Shown piece after piece: positions 19,750 to 33,010 of a stretch of 64,000 nt of DNA (position 1 is the stretch's first letter; every line of letters starts with the position of its first letter). The position numbers and the translations under genes are program-made. The stretch is taken from the NCBI GenBank assembly GCA_030390025.1, contig CM059433.1:11162001-11226000 (forward strand). The letters are read 5' to 3'. The notes beneath the pieces are model-generated. The model made no database searches. It saw only the letters and a program-made list of their open reading frames with translations, and was not told where the DNA came from. The stretch is from Squalus acanthias. Taxonomy: Eukaryota.

Positions 19750-20940
19750 ATGATTCGATTCACTCCACGTGATATCAAGAAACTGCTGAGCGCACTGGAT
19801 ACAGCAAAGGCTGTGGGCCCCGACAACATCCCGGCTGTCGTACTAAAGACATGTGTTCCAGAACTAGTTGTGCCTCCAGCCAAGCTGTACGAGTACAGCT
19901 ACAACACTGTAGAAAGTTGCCTAGGTATGTCCGGTTCACAAAAAAGCAGGACAAATTTAATCCGGCCAATTACCGCCCCATCAGTTTACTCTCAATCATC
20001 AGCAAAGTGATGGAAGGTGTCATCGACAGCGCTATCAACCGACACCTACTCACCAATAACCTGCTCAACGATGCTCAGTTTGGGTTCCGCCAGGACCACT
20101 CAGCTCCCGACCTCATTACAGCCTTGGTCCAAACATGGACAAAGGAGTTAAATTCCAGAGGTGAGGTGAGAGTGACTGCCCTTGACATCAAGGCAGCATT
20201 TGACCGAGTGTGGCATCAAGGAGCCTTAGTATAATTGAAGAAAATGGGAATCAAGGGGAAAATTCTCCACTGACTGGAGTCATACCTAGCACAAAGGAAG
20301 ATGGTAGTGGTCGTTGGAGGCCAATCATCTCAGCCCCAGGACATCGCTGCAGGAGTTCCTCAGGGCAGTGTCCTAGGCCCAACCATCTTCAGCTGCTTCA
20401 TCAATGAACTTCCCTCCATCATAGGGTAAGAAGTGAGGATGTTCGCTGATGATTGCACAGAGTTCATTTCCATTTGCAACTCCTTAGATAATGATAATGC
20501 CCGCATGCAACAAGACGTGGATGACATTCAGGCATGGACTGATAAGTGGCAAGTAATATTCACGCCACACAAGTGCCAACAATGACTATCTCCAACAAGC
20601 GAGCGTCTAACCACCGCACCACGACATTCAACAGCATTACCATCGCCGAATCCCCCACCATCAATATCCTGGGGGGTCATCATTGACCAGAAACTTAACT
20701 GGACCAGCCACATAAATACTGTGGCTACAAGATCAGGTCAGAGGCTGGGTATTCTGTGATGAGTGGCTCACCTCCTGACTCCCCAAAGCCCTTCCACCAT
20801 CTTAAAGGTACAAGTCAGGTGTGTGATGGAGTACTCTCCACTTGCCTGGATGAGTGCAGCTCTGACAACACTCAAGAAGCTCGGCACCATCCAGGACAAA
20901 GCAGCCCGCTTGATTGGCACCCCACCCACCACCTTAAACA
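19750..20940 (+). mobile_element. CR1-group LINE RT fragment (same family as 778-1735)
   Basis: GPDNIPAVVLK..NPANYRPISLLS..ALDIKAAFDRVWH..QGSVLGP..MFADDC. Confidence 0.9.
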
Positions 20941-21914
20941 CCGTTAAAAATAAAACAGATTAATTGTCATTTGTCTCATTTGTGATTTATGGGACTTTAC
21001 TGCGTGCAGATTGGTTGTCGTGTTTTTCCACATAACTACTTCAAAAATAAGTAATTGGATGTGAGGTTCTCTGGCATATTCGGAGAGATGTGATAAAGTG
21101 CAATATGAATGCAAGTTCTTTTTTAAATGGAGAGAGCAAATTTCAGTAGAGCTGAATTCCGTCCTCTCCTCACCCAGCATTCACTCACTGCCCAAAAGGT
21201 ATCATTGGAAATGAATCGACTGTGGGAACCCGCTATCATTTTTATCCACTCGAGCCGAGGGACACCGAGGCTGATTGTGGCACTTCCACCAGTTGGAGTG
21301 AGTTTCCTCACGGATCATACCTGTAACCTTACTGGCCCGCACGGCTCAGTACCGTACTGGACAGTGTATTTACCCACTGGGGAGCCAACATGAATTTAAA
21401 ACGTTCAGCACGCCCTGCCCACTGAGCATAGGAGCACTAAACATACGTGTGCGTATGAGCAGTGCGCTCATGCACCGTCTTTAAAGGTGTTTTGTTTGCC
21501 TGAGGGGGGGGGGGCGGAGAGGAATTTTTATTCCCCTTATTGGCCTTGAGTTTTATTCTGTTTCTTTGCCTCTCCCAGGAGATTACATTGCTGCAAGGGG
21601 GGCGTGGGGGTGAGAGGCGGGGATGGGGTTTGTGGGATGGGGAGGAGGGGATAGGAAGTGTCTAGTCATGATGATTCAGCTGTCATGAGTGCAGGGCAGG
21701 CTTGATGGACCAGCCCGTCATTATCATTTCTTCGTAAGGTGAGGCGGGGGAAAGAAATTTGCAGCTAAAGCACGTGGGCCAAACAGACTCGGGAAGTGGC
21801 TGCAAGGACATCTTTAGGTTTGCGGGATTCAAAGCCTGAGGGAAAGTCGCCTGCTTGCTGCCCTGACCTGAAAAAGCACAAAGCTCAGAGGGACTTTGGG
21901 AAAGGTGCAGATTT

Positions 21915-22510
21915 GGGCCAGAAATTCGTCTCTCCGGCTTCCCGCGGGTGCAAGGATCGCGCGCATACTTACCTACCGCGCCTGCCGTTGTGCTTCGGGC
22001 CCACGAGAAATTCGGGTCCTAGGCCTCCTGCAGCTGCCGGCGTGCAGTGCTTGCGTATCCCAGGGGCGCAGTTAGTTCGAAGCGTCCCCTGGGATCACGT
22101 GGGCCATGGAGAGCCAATCGGAGCAGGGAATTTTCATTCATAGATTTGACAGGAATCTATGAATAGAGATCGGCCCCAAAACCTCACTAAAACTTCAAAT
22201 AAATTTTTAAAAAAACATCACATTTTTAAAATAACTATAAATTACATAAATTAACTACTTTAAACAAAAATTTAAATTTTTGAAAAAATTAATTAAACTT
22301 TTTAACGGTGCTAAAAATAAACTTACCTTTCTTTAAAGTATGTAAAAAAGATAAACCTGTTGAAAAAATGTTTAAATTGTACTTAATTAACCACTTACTT
22401 TGTTAAAAACAGGCCTTGCACCTCCTTTTTCCCCGCGCAGCTTCTCCATACTTACCCTCACGGAAAAACCTGAAAAAAACCTCGAAGTTCACTGCGTGCG
22501 CGCTACCTCA
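21915..22510 (-). mobile_element. Harbinger-type MITE family M1, copy 3 (inverted, truncated)
   Basis: gggccagaaatt TIR; reverse complement of ~17620-18215. Confidence 0.85.
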
Positions 22511-22879
22511 TGGGCAAGATGTTTGCTTGGAGCACAAAGTCGGAAAATGACCGCTTAAATGTTTTTACAATTTAGAGGAGATTTTCCACTCCCATGCAAT
22601 AGCGACGCAAATGCACAACGGGCACAGGAGAAGGGGTGTTGGGAAGATGTAGCCCCAGGTCTGTGCGCTAAAAGTTGACTGGGAGAACACTGCCCGGTAT
22701 TTTCTGATCAGCCCACACTGGGGGAGCAGGAAACCCATGTCGCTGGAGTGAATGAGACATCATACATTCCAAACCTTTGTAAGTAAAGTTGAGAGCATGA
22801 TATCGTTGCTGTGCACCCATATAAACAAGCTTGCCATTGCCTCTCCAGTCTGTCGATACAGGCACGCTTGGGTAGGTTC

Positions 22880-23292
22880 TAGGTTTGATGTTAGGCGGTT
22901 CTTCTTTTCCCAGAGAATAGTGGGAGTGTAGAACAGGCTGCCAGCTCCTGCGGCGAATGCTGGTTCGCTGTGTTACACAAGCGAGAGCTGGGCCTGTTAC
23001 TGGCTGGTCCGGATATCAACTCCTCCAAGAGGTAGGTACTGTGTAACATTAATCAGAGCCAATGCAATCTGGACTAGTTTCAATCGCCTGAGAGGAATTT
23101 TCCAGTTTCGCTCCTCCCTCTAATTGGCCTGGGTTTCAATCTGCTTTATCACCTCTCCCCGGAGATTACATGGCTCCGGGTGGGTGGGGAGTGGATTTAC
23201 TGTAAAGCATTAGGCATTACAGTTGGATGGGATGGGATGGGTGGACCAGTAGGTCTTTTCCTGTCCATTTTTTCCCATATGTTCATATGTTC
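22880..23292 (+). mobile_element. Ancient CR1-like 3' end with long 3' UTR (related piece at ~21510-21735)
   Basis: gttaggcggttcttcttttcccagagaatagtg (RRFFFSQRIV); shared cctctccc..ggagattacat and tggaccag motifs. Confidence 0.55.
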
Positions 23293-24693
23293 GTATACCC
23301 AACCTATTGATCTGCAGCCCCGAACTGCTTATAGCTATCACGTCCATTGCTTTTTTCAGGTAACAGTGAAGTAGGGCTTTTTGGCACATTCGGGATATTT
23401 ATTGCTACCTTTCATTGCTTTTTCAGGTGGGTTCCAAGGGTGCCTGTATATACAGACTGAACAGCCAATGGCAAGTCATTTGCCCACAGAATCTGTTTTG
23501 TTCCCCGCACAAGGCTGAAGTTGCACAGGCAGCTATGAATAATTATTCAAATGATCTGACAGTGGAAAATAATCTGACAGTGCAGGGCAGTCAGTTCACT
23601 GCGATGCTGGCTAGCCCGGCTTCAGAAAAGGCCGTAATTGTGCCAATAGCGGACACATTTCCCCTTTAATTTACCATTCCATCGTATGAGCCGCTTGCTT
23701 GAATCTTCTGAACTCAGTGACTATTTTATTTTTATTTCAATGTTAATCACTGAGAGCACTGGAATCCTTTGAAATGTATAAGCCAGTTTCCCATCACCAA
23801 CAGAAGGCTCACTTTTTAACAGTGAAAATAACATCTATTGAAGAAACCTAAGGCACACAGATAATGTTACCTAATAAGTGGCAGTCTAAAATTGCTAATT
23901 GTAGTTGTGGCACGCACTGAACATTACATGTAACTAAAGCGGTCTCGAGCAATGCAGTAATGCCCCAGGTTATGGCACTACTTGTCTTGGTGTTACTCGG
24001 AATTTACTGCAAAAACGTTGAAATTTTCACTGTCTATTAAATTTTGCCATGTTCATACAGGAACGGGAGTTGGTAATTTCAAAATTACCACACATTAAAA
24101 AGTCCAGATCAAAAAAGTCCTGTTAGCAAAAGTGAAAGCACATGGAATTGAAGGCAAGCGGGTAGGGAATTGGTTAGAATGTAGGAGACAAAGGCCGCGA
24201 AATCCGGGTGTACAGCGCCGGCCGTTAAAGCCAGTTTCGATGAAAAAATGTCAGCCAACTCGCTTGCGCCCGCTTCCGGCGGGTCCCGTGGCGGCCGCCA
24301 TTTTGGGGAGGTCGGTAGCGCTGCCGTTGCCAGCGCTCGCTGCACATATTTAAATGAGGCAGATCATGACGTCAATGAGTGTGCAACGCTGATTTGACCC
24401 CGATTTGCCATTTTGGACGTCGCCACTCCATTTAACGCAATTTCCTAATCACGATCAGCTGACCAAGCATTCAGCAGCAGGAAGGACCTTCCAGCAGCGC
24501 TATTTCAAGAGATCATCAATAACTTGCAACTGACTTGCTTTTTCATTTTGACTGGCTCTTTCTAAGTTTGTGAAACTGTGTGGAGCTTTCTAAAGTTGCT
24601 TAAAATCGCTGAGGCCACAGGGAGTGTTGCTGTAAGTGGAGAATGCATTGATTCTCATTTAAAGGGTTCTGCTCTTACCACTTGCTCACAGAC

Positions 24694-25866
24694 ATGAGGG
24701 CTCTACTTGCAGCCCCCCTACATGCTCAAGTACGATAGGGAGATGGAGTGGAGGCAGCGAAGAAGAGGACAAGATGCTCGCAGAGGGAGGAGGAGGAGGG
24801 GCAGGAGGTCTCGCAACAGGAGGCCTTACCCACCTGGGGTCTTCCGAGGGCACTTCTCCTACCTGCACTTAAGCCAGGAACAGTGATTTAGGAGGCTCCG
24901 CTTCACCAAGGAGGTGGTCACAGAATTCTGCCACCTCTTGGAACCAGACCTGCAGCCTCAGAGCAGGGTGACAACATCTCTCCCAGTGGCTCTCAAGGTC
25001 ACCGTCGCCCTCAATTTTTTCGCCAGCAGATCCTTCCAGTTTGGAGCAGGCGACATAGCGAACATTTCCCAGTTTCACTTCCATCGCTGCATCCGGGAGA
25101 TCACTGAGGCTCTCTACACCAGGAGAAGGGACTTCATTGTCTTTTCTCTGAACAGAGAGAAGCAGGACAAGCGTGCATGTGGCTTTGCCAGACTAGTGGG
25201 CTTCCCCATGGTTCAGGGCGCCATCGACTGCACAGACATGGCTTTGCGGACACGGTATACCAATCCTGAGATGTTCCGTAACTGCAAAGATGACCACTCT
25301 CTTAATGTGCAGTTGGTGTGCGACCACGCCCAGCGCATCCTGATGTTGAATGCCCACTATCCTGACAGCAGTCATGATGCCTTCATCCTGCACCAGTCCG
25401 ATATGACAGTAATCTTCCAGCCACCACATCGAACCTGAGAGCGGCTGCTCAGAGACAAGGGCTATCCGCCGTGCACCTGGCTGATGACTCCCCTCTGCAA
25501 CCCCACCACTCATGGCCAGCAGTCATATAATGACAGCCATGCTGCCACGAGGAACGTCAATGAGCAGACCAACGGGGGGTGCTCAAGCAAAGGTTCCGCT
25601 GCCTTGACCGCTCGGGAGGAGCCCTCCAGTACTCACCGGAGTGGGAGTCCCATTTCGTGGTGGTCTGCTGCAAGCTCCTCAACTTGGCCATCATAAACGT
25701 GCAGCCCTTGCCACTATGGGTTCCGTGGCCACCTCAGGAGGAGGAGGAGGAAAAGGAAGAGGAGGAAGAGGAAGAGGAGGAAGAGGAGGAAGGGAGGAAG
25801 CAGGCAGCACATCCCGGTTCGGGCGGGCTGTCCGTGAGTGCCTCATCAGACTCTGGTTCCAGTGAA
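24694..25866 (+). pseudogene. HARBI1-like DDE transposase, disrupted
   Basis: NFFASRSFQ..FPMVQGAIDCT..SLNVQLVCD..SSHDAFIL..DKGYP..YNDSH..LKQRFRCLD, with stops and frameshifts. Confidence 0.92.
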
Positions 25867-26035
25867 TGAAACCCCAGATCCCCGTTGCTCACCACTTCTC
25901 CATCATACCATCCCTCTGTCACGGAACATCACAGCGTCCTCCTGGGCACAAAGCTGAAATGAGAGCCACCACAAAACACAAATTCCAAACATAATTCATA
26001 AGTTTATCAAATTCAAATCAAAAGAACAAAGTCAA

Positions 26036-28992
26036 CTAATCACCCTTGTGCATTCCCTTAGTGCCTGTCTTTCGAGTGCCTTTTCCTATTCTAGTGCTCC
26101 TACGAGGTGCTCCCCCAGTGGCTGCAGCATGGCTGGTGGAAGGCTGTTGATTTTCAGTGTGGGAGACTTCAGATGGCCTTGCAGGATGACCTCGAGCAGC
26201 TCTGGGCCTAGAAGGCCCGGTTGTAGACTGCACCACCTCGGCATGGGCGGCAGCAGTCTGGGCTGGCTGGCTGACAGGCAGCAGCAAGGGCATTGGCGGA
26301 GTGGCAGTGGTGGGAGTTGGAATGCTGTCATCCTGAGAGAGGACAGCAGGTTCTTGTTCCACGGAGCCACTGCCACTCCTCCAGGGCAGCACCTCAGCAT
26401 TCCCAGCATTCTGTTGGAGGAATGATTGCTGGCCTGCTACGACACCCTGCAAGCCCCTTTTGACACTCGTAAACCCAGCGATGATGGGCAGCAAGCTGAG
26501 ACAGCAGGAGAGCAGTCTGCGCTTCCATTGCACCTGTGCTGCAATGGAAGCTGCAAGATCGGCCAAGACACCCAGCATCATCTTTGGGTCCACAAGCTCT
26601 CTCATAGAGTTGCTCATCATTTCCATCCTGGAAATCATGGGCTCCAAGCTCTACGCAAAGTCCTGTGCAATGTTGGAGCCGGACTCCTCCATGCTCCTTG
26701 ACACTGACAAGAGGCTCTCTGGCAGGCTTGCCATTGCATCTAGCATTTATAGAGTCATTACGACACAGATGGAGGCCATTCAGCCCATCGAGTCCATGCC
26801 GGCTCTCTGTAGAGCAATCCAGTCAGTCCCACTCCCCTGCTCTATCCTTGTAGCCCTGCAAATTTATTTCCCTCAAGTGCCTATCCAATTTCCTTTTGAA
26901 ATCATTGATCGTCTCTGCTTCCACCACTCTCGTCGGCAGCGAGTTCCAGGTCATTACCACTCGATGCATAAAAAAGTTCTTCCTCACATCCCCCCTATAT
27001 CTCTTGCCCAAAACCTTAAATCTGTATCCCCTAGTCCTTGTACCATCAGCTAATGGGAACAGCCTTTCTCTGTCTAGCCTATCCAAACCCGTCATAATCT
27101 TGTACATCTCTATCAAATCTCCCCTCAACCTCCTTTGTTCAAAGGAGAACAACCCCAGCTTCTCCAACCTGTCCTTGTAGCTAAGATCCCCCATCCCTGG
27201 AACCATTCTGGTAAATCTTCTCTGCACCCTCTCAAGGGCCTTCACATCCTTCCTAAAGTGTGGTGACCAGAACTGGACGCAATACTCTAGTTGTGGCCTA
27301 ACCAGAGCTTTATAAAGGTTCAGCATAACTTCCCTGCTTTTGTACTCAATACCTCTATTTATGAAGCCCAAGATCCCATATGCTTTGCTAACTACTCTAT
27401 ATGTCCAGCCACCGTCAAAGATCTGTGCACATGAACCCCCAGGTCCCTCTGTCCCTGCACACTCTTTAATACTGTGCCATTATGGGTATATTGCCTCTCC
27501 CTGTTCCTTCTGCCAAAATGCATCACCTTACAATTCTCTGTATTAAATTCCATCTGCCACTTGTCTGCCCATTCTGCTAGCCTATCTATGTCCTGTTGCA
27601 GTCGATTGGTATCATCCTCACTGTTTGCCACACCTCCAAGTTTGATATCATCGGCAAATTTTGAAATTTTACACTGCATTCCAATATCCAAGTCATTTAT
27701 ATATATCAAAAAAAGCAGTAGCCCCAGAACTGACCCTTGGGGAACACCACTGTCGACCACCCTCCAGTCTGAAAAACAACCATTTACCACAACTCGCTGT
27801 TTTCTGTCCTTAAGCCAATTTCTTATCCAAGCTGACACTTCTGTGTGCATGCCCATCACCCTTCATCTGAAGGCCGCCCCACCGAGGTCATCATCTGAGT
27901 CCTGTGCAGCAGAACTCGCCCTCCGGGGAGCTGGCACCAGAGCTACCCTTTCCCCCTCGCCTGGCTACAACCCACTCATGCCCGGTGCCTCACCCTGTGC
28001 AGATCCCACCTCTATATTACCCTCTAAAGTCCGCACACTGCCATTTTCTGAGCTGGTGTCTGCGAGTATCGGATCGCGTGCCGGTGTGTCTTCATCTTCT
28101 CCATCACTGTCTTCCACAACTTCAGGGACAGGCTGGCCAGGTTGCAATGCTTGAGTATCTGAAAGCAGAAAGGCACAAGGGTCGGGTTGTAGTGAGGGGA
28201 TTGGGGGGGGAAAGCAAGATATCCATGCATACAGCATTAGCAGCTTGTCAGTGAGAAGAGATTGTGGGATGATGGGGAAGTGGGATGTGAGAAGAAGGAT
28301 TAGGTATGAGCATACCGTCATCATCAGCAATACTTTCCAATTCTCTGCTCACCACGGACTCTGTCACAGCCCCTCCAATAATGTCCAGTACTACTTCCTC
28401 CAGGTCAGTCAGGTTGTCAAACTTTGCTTGGCCACTGTTGCTGTCTCTGATTGCGTGTCACCTTGGCCTGCAAGAAAAAGGGAAGTGTGTCAGTGAGTGT
28501 AGTGCAATGTGTTTGGGTGATGTGCCTGCCATAGTTGAATAGCTGCCAGTCTGTGCAAGGTGTGAGGTGTGGGTGTGAGTGTTGCAGCAGTGGTAAGTGT
28601 GTGAGGGCGGTGTGAAGCTATGATTGTGAGGTGTGAGTGGTGATCGCTAGAGATTGTTGGTAGTTGAATGATGGGGCTGTGGTGCATTGAGCAGTGTGTG
28701 AGGCTTTTGGTGCAGATGGTGGGATATGGCATCTGCTGAAGCCTTCACACACCCTGACCAGCTGTGTGAGGTCATTAAACTTTTTGCGGTACTGGATCCA
28801 GGTCCTGGGGACAACACTCGTTGCAGTGAGCGATTGAGCGATCTCCTCCCAGATCCTTCTTGTGGTCAACCTTGAAGGCCTCTTTCCCCCATGCAGGTCT
28901 AGGATGTCCCGGCGTCGTTGGACACCCAGGACCAAGGTCTCCAGTGCCACATCAGAAAAACGTTTCGCCCTTATTCTCGGGTGTTGCACCAT
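26036..28992 (-). pseudogene. Harbinger Myb/SANT-like DNA-binding gene, three exons (~28992-28754, ~28467-28317, ~28158-26036), split by a CR1
   Basis: RAKRFSDVALETLV..WEEIA..RTWIQYRKKFNDL; acceptors ttttcttgcag and tctgctttcag; paralogous to 57648-59919. Confidence 0.85.
26749..27838 (-). mobile_element. CR1 LINE fragment
   Basis: GVPQGSVLG..KFADDIK..RPQLEYCVQFW; same subfamily as 33011-34540. Confidence 0.93.
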
Positions 28993-29284
28993 GCCTTTCT
29001 TTCACCTGCCAATGAGGTGCTTCTGCAACCAAGCACCTCCCCTTTAAGTACTAGAGAGAGCCTAGGCAAAACTTTATTGGCCTGTAGACTGCACCCGATA
29101 TTGCCCCACCTCCCCCACCCCGTTGAACGCTAAGCCAATCAGCAGCACGTTTAGCGCTGAGATCATTATAATGAGCAAGCAGCACGAATTTTGCATGCTG
29201 CCTGCATCACTTGGAACAGGCACAGGCAAATAGCGCTAGCCCATGACACCGCCCATTTTCTGGCCTAATTCCAGTTTCTAGGCC

Positions 29285-30322
29285 AGAAAGTAGGGATAAT
29301 GGGTATGTACACTAATTGGCAGGATGTGCCTCATGGTGTCCCCTAGGGAATCTGTACTGGGACTTCAGCTTTTCATTATTATTTATCAATGACTCAGATG
29401 AAGGAATAAGAGAGCCATATATCGAAGTTTGCCGATGACACTAAGTTAGGCGGCACAGTCAGTAGTGTGGATGGGAGCAGAAATTTGCAAAGGGACATTG
29501 ATAGATTAAGTGAGGGGGCAAAACTGTGGCAGATGGAGTTCAATGTGAGGAAGTGTGAGGTCATCCACTTTGGACCTAAGGAAGATAAATCAGAGTATTT
29601 CCTAAATGGCGAGAAGCTGGGAACTGTGGAGGAGCCGAGAGATTTAGGGGCCCAATTACAGAAATCACTAAAAGCTAGCGGACAGGTACAAAAAATAATG
29701 GAATTTTGGACTTTATCTCAAGGGGGCTGGAATGCAAAGGGGTGGAAGTTATGTTACAGCTGTAGAGAGCTTTAGTTAGACCCCATCTGGGGCACTGCAT
29801 TCAGTTCTGGGCACCGCACCTCAGGAAGGATATATTGACCTTGGGGAGGGTGCAGCGCAGATTCACCTAAATGATACCGGAATAAAAGGGTTAAATTATG
29901 AGGACAGGTTACATAGACTAGGCTTGTATTGCCTTGAGTATAGAAGATTAAGGGGTAATCTAATTGAGGTGTCTAAAGCAATTAAAGCATTTGATAGGGT
30001 AGATAGAAATTATTTCCTCTGGTGGGGGGAGTCCAGAACAAGGGGGCGTAATCTTAAAATTAGAGCCAGGCCATTCAGGGGTGATGTCAGGAAGCACTTC
30101 TTCACACAAAGGGCAGTGGAAAGCTGGAACTCTCTCCCCAAAAAAGCTGTTGAAAATTTCAAAACTATGGTTCATAGATTTTTGTTAGGCAAGGGTATTA
30201 AGGAATATGAAACTAAGGCAGGTAAATGGAGTTGAGGTACAGACCAGCCATGATCTAATTGAATGGCGGTACGGGCTCAAGGAGCTGAATGGCCTCCTCC
30301 TGTTCCTCTGTTTCCTATGTTC
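29285..30322 (+). mobile_element. CR1 LINE fragment (5' piece at ~24118-24192)
   Basis: KFADDTK..WQMEFNV..RRLRGNLIEV; CR1 tail. Confidence 0.88.
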
Positions 30323-30785
30323 CTTCGATATTGCTCATTTTACACCATTTTCCACCAAAAGTTACAATGACCCTGCTCTTTGTCTATCAGGCAGCAAGAG
30401 ATAAGTAAAGTATGGCATCTTCCTGTCTGGAGGGATAGCATGAAAATATATATAATATAAAAAAAAGTGAGAAGAAAGTTGTGCTAAAATAATAAACATG
30501 ATTAAGTGCACAGTCTCTTTAAATGTGTAATGGTTATCTCTTGTCTTTTATGTCTTTTATGTCCTGATCACAATTACAAACTTGTCAAAAATATGATTAT
30601 TTTGTTGACCACACAGACCTACATTTCCCCTGATTGCTTCAATATGAGTCCCAGAGCTACAGTTACAGAGTTAGGCTCTTCCAAGCAGATACTTTAATTC
30701 CCTGCCTCTCCGCCCCACCCAGAGGATTACATTCAGCCTTGAAAGCTGGCTGGCAGCCTTGTAACAGCAACACAACAAATTCTGA

Positions 30786-30952
30786 AATAACAACAGAAAA
30801 CGCTGGAAAAACTCAGCAGGCGAGGCAGCATCTGTGGAGAGAGAAACAGAGTTAACGTTTCAGGTCGAAGACCTTTCGTCAGAACTGGAAATAGCAGGAA
30901 ATGGAATAGATTTAAGGCAAGGATAAAGCTGGGAAAAGGGGGAGGGGATGAA
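30786..30952 (-). mobile_element. Short Penelope family A pLTR insertion
   Basis: Matches the pLTR; flanked by ACAACAAATTCTGA (30772-30785 and 30953-30966). Confidence 0.88.
30850..30886 (-). ncRNA. Minimal hammerhead ribozyme, intact core
   Basis: AGUU CUGACGA A AGGUC-UUC-GACCU GAA ACGU U AACU. Confidence 0.8.
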
Positions 30953-31229
30953 ACAACAAATTCTGACACCGGAAGAGTGAGATGCAATTTAACGAGAGTC
31001 CTAGCTGCCGCTAGCAGCAGTCCTCGGGTTTCCTCTGAAGGGCCACTCTAGATGTTTAGATCGGCGTGTCCCTGCATATGTGCCGTATCGCTCTGAGTTT
31101 CAGGGGAAACCGGAGCACCCTATGTGCGCAGTGCGAAGCTCGACTCACCAATGGTGGGTGACTCCTTGCCCTCACCAAGGTCAGCCCACCTGGTTGCACG
31201 TTCGACCACATTACCTCACAAAGGGAAGT

Positions 31230-32900
31230 GTGTCTTGTCGCTGCTCCTCTTCCCCAAGCAGGCAGCTATCACTCCCTATGTGCCGCACGCAGTGCCCCAC
31301 TACCACTCTGAGCAACTCTCCTCCATATTGTAGAGCCCCCAGGTGGGGTTTCAACATCGGAAGCAGCAGTTCAGCCTGCCGAATGTCTGCTCAGTTGTGT
31401 TCCTGCCTCTCGGATGTGCTTCATTGTAGGCTCTTTGTTGTGGCACAGGGGTTTCACGGCAGTGTAATGAACTATGCTTTGCGTGGACAATCTATATCTT
31501 CAAGGAGCCGAGCATTTAATCCGTCACCATCTTGGAACAAGGACAGAATCCATGATTTATTTATGTTGTGGGTGTCATGGGAACTCCCTGGAAACTTTGA
31601 ATTTGCACACACTATTTTAAATGTTCATCCGGTGGCATCCTTTTCCATTAATGCACGCCACGAGATGAAGCACAGGATGGCCAAATGGATTGAGTTGAGT
31701 TCGCAACCTTGGTGTCATATTTGACCCTGAAATGAGCTTCCGACCACATATCCACACCATAACTAAGACCGCCTACTTCCACCTCCGTAACATCGCCTGT
31801 CTCCGCCCTTGCCTCAGCTCATCTGCTGCTGAAACCTTCATCCATGCCTTTGTTACCTCTAGACTTGACTATTCCAATGCACTCCTGGCTGGCCTCCCAC
31901 ATTCTACCCTACGTAAACTTGAGGTCATCCAGAACTCGGCTGCCCATGTCCTAACTCGCACCAAGTCCCGTTCACCCATCACCCCTGTGCTCGCTGACCG
32001 ACATTGACTTCCGGTTAAGCAGCGCCCCAATTTCAAAATTCTCATCCTTGTTTTCAAATCCCTCCATGGCCTCGCCCCTTCCTATCTCTGTAATCTCCTT
32101 CAACCCCACAACCCCCCTGAGATATCTGCGCTCCTCTAATTCTGCCCTCCTGAGCATCCCTGATTATAATCGCTCAACCATTGGTGGCTGTGCCTTCTGT
32201 TGCCTAGGCCCTAAGCTCGAGAATTCCCTGCCTAAACCTCTCCGCCTCGCTACCTCTCTCTCCTCCTTTAAGACGCTTCTTAAAACCTACCTCTTTGACC
32301 AAGCTTTTGGTCACCTGCCCTAGTTTATCCTTAGGTGGCTCGGTGTCAAATCAACTCCTGTGCAGCGCCTTGGGATGTTTTACTGTGTTAAAGGCGCTAT
32401 ATAAATACAAGTTGTTGTTGTTGATGTCCTTGATCCTTAGAATGCTGTCCAGATAAAGTGTTGTCAGCCTCTTGCTGCTGCTGCATCCTGGCACTCATTT
32501 TAATGCAGTTACCAGCAAGTTAAAACAGGTCATCTGTGACATCAGTAATGCAGCAGTGAACAGCAGACGGACAGGAAATATGGTAAGGATCAGTCATTGC
32601 CTGGAAGGAGCCTGTGGCAAAAACAGTTGATTGGTATCATCACATTTACTGCCACTAGCAGTGCAGTGCTGACGCTGCTCCCTGATTGTATCGGCTTCCT
32701 GGAGATGTCATAGTTCAGACATGGCTTTCTTGGAGAGATATAAATTCCTCTTATATTGCTGTTCGATGAAATTGAGGCAACTTTTCTGCAGATGATACAC
32801 CTGCTACCTGGAGTAATAGTGGATTCTATTGGCTGTCCTCCTATGGCCTCGTGTCTCTCTGGTGCCCCTCGACCTCATCCGCATCCTCTAAAATGTCCAA
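31230..32900 (-). pseudogene. Old HARBI1-like transposase relic, split by an L2 insertion
   Basis: Manual translation: FFATGSFQ..VHCCITDVTD (32.5-32.6 kb); KFPGSSHD..AYNEAH..RNTTEQTFGRL..FRC (31.3-31.6 kb). Confidence 0.75.
31701..32422 (+). mobile_element. L2-clade LINE 3' fragment
   Basis: TKTAYFHLRNIA..AETFIHAFVTSRLDYSNALL; tail aaggcgctatataaatacaag(ttg)n. Confidence 0.9.
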
Positions 32901-33010
32901 TAAAGTGAAATTCATTGATACTTTCATGCCGCTGTCTGGATTGAAACATTTAAGTTGCCATTTCTAATTTCGCCTGCTCCATGCTGGACTTTTGAAAATT
33001 CTTAGCTATA

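Larger units (their letters stand above)
24193..29284. mobile_element. Decayed autonomous-type PIF/Harbinger DNA transposon (element H1), inserted in a CR1
   Basis: Imperfect TIRs ggccgcgaaat / gtttctaggcc. Flanks rejoin the CR1 sequence WLECRRQ|VGIMG. Convergent transposase and Myb/SANT genes. Confidence 0.85.

Noticed and set aside
21130..21392. Old tRNA-derived SINE on the minus strand (possible relative at ~46600-46790)
   Set aside because: Too degenerate to assign a family or boundaries by eye.
25734..25800. Poly-Glu/GAG repeat as an independent microsatellite or gene
   Set aside because: It is the acidic C-terminal tail of the Harbinger transposase, also present at 57260-57320.
24694..25866. 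Domesticated HARBI1/NAIF1 host genes
   Set aside because: Stops, frameshifts, TIRs and multiple paralogs show these are transposon copies.
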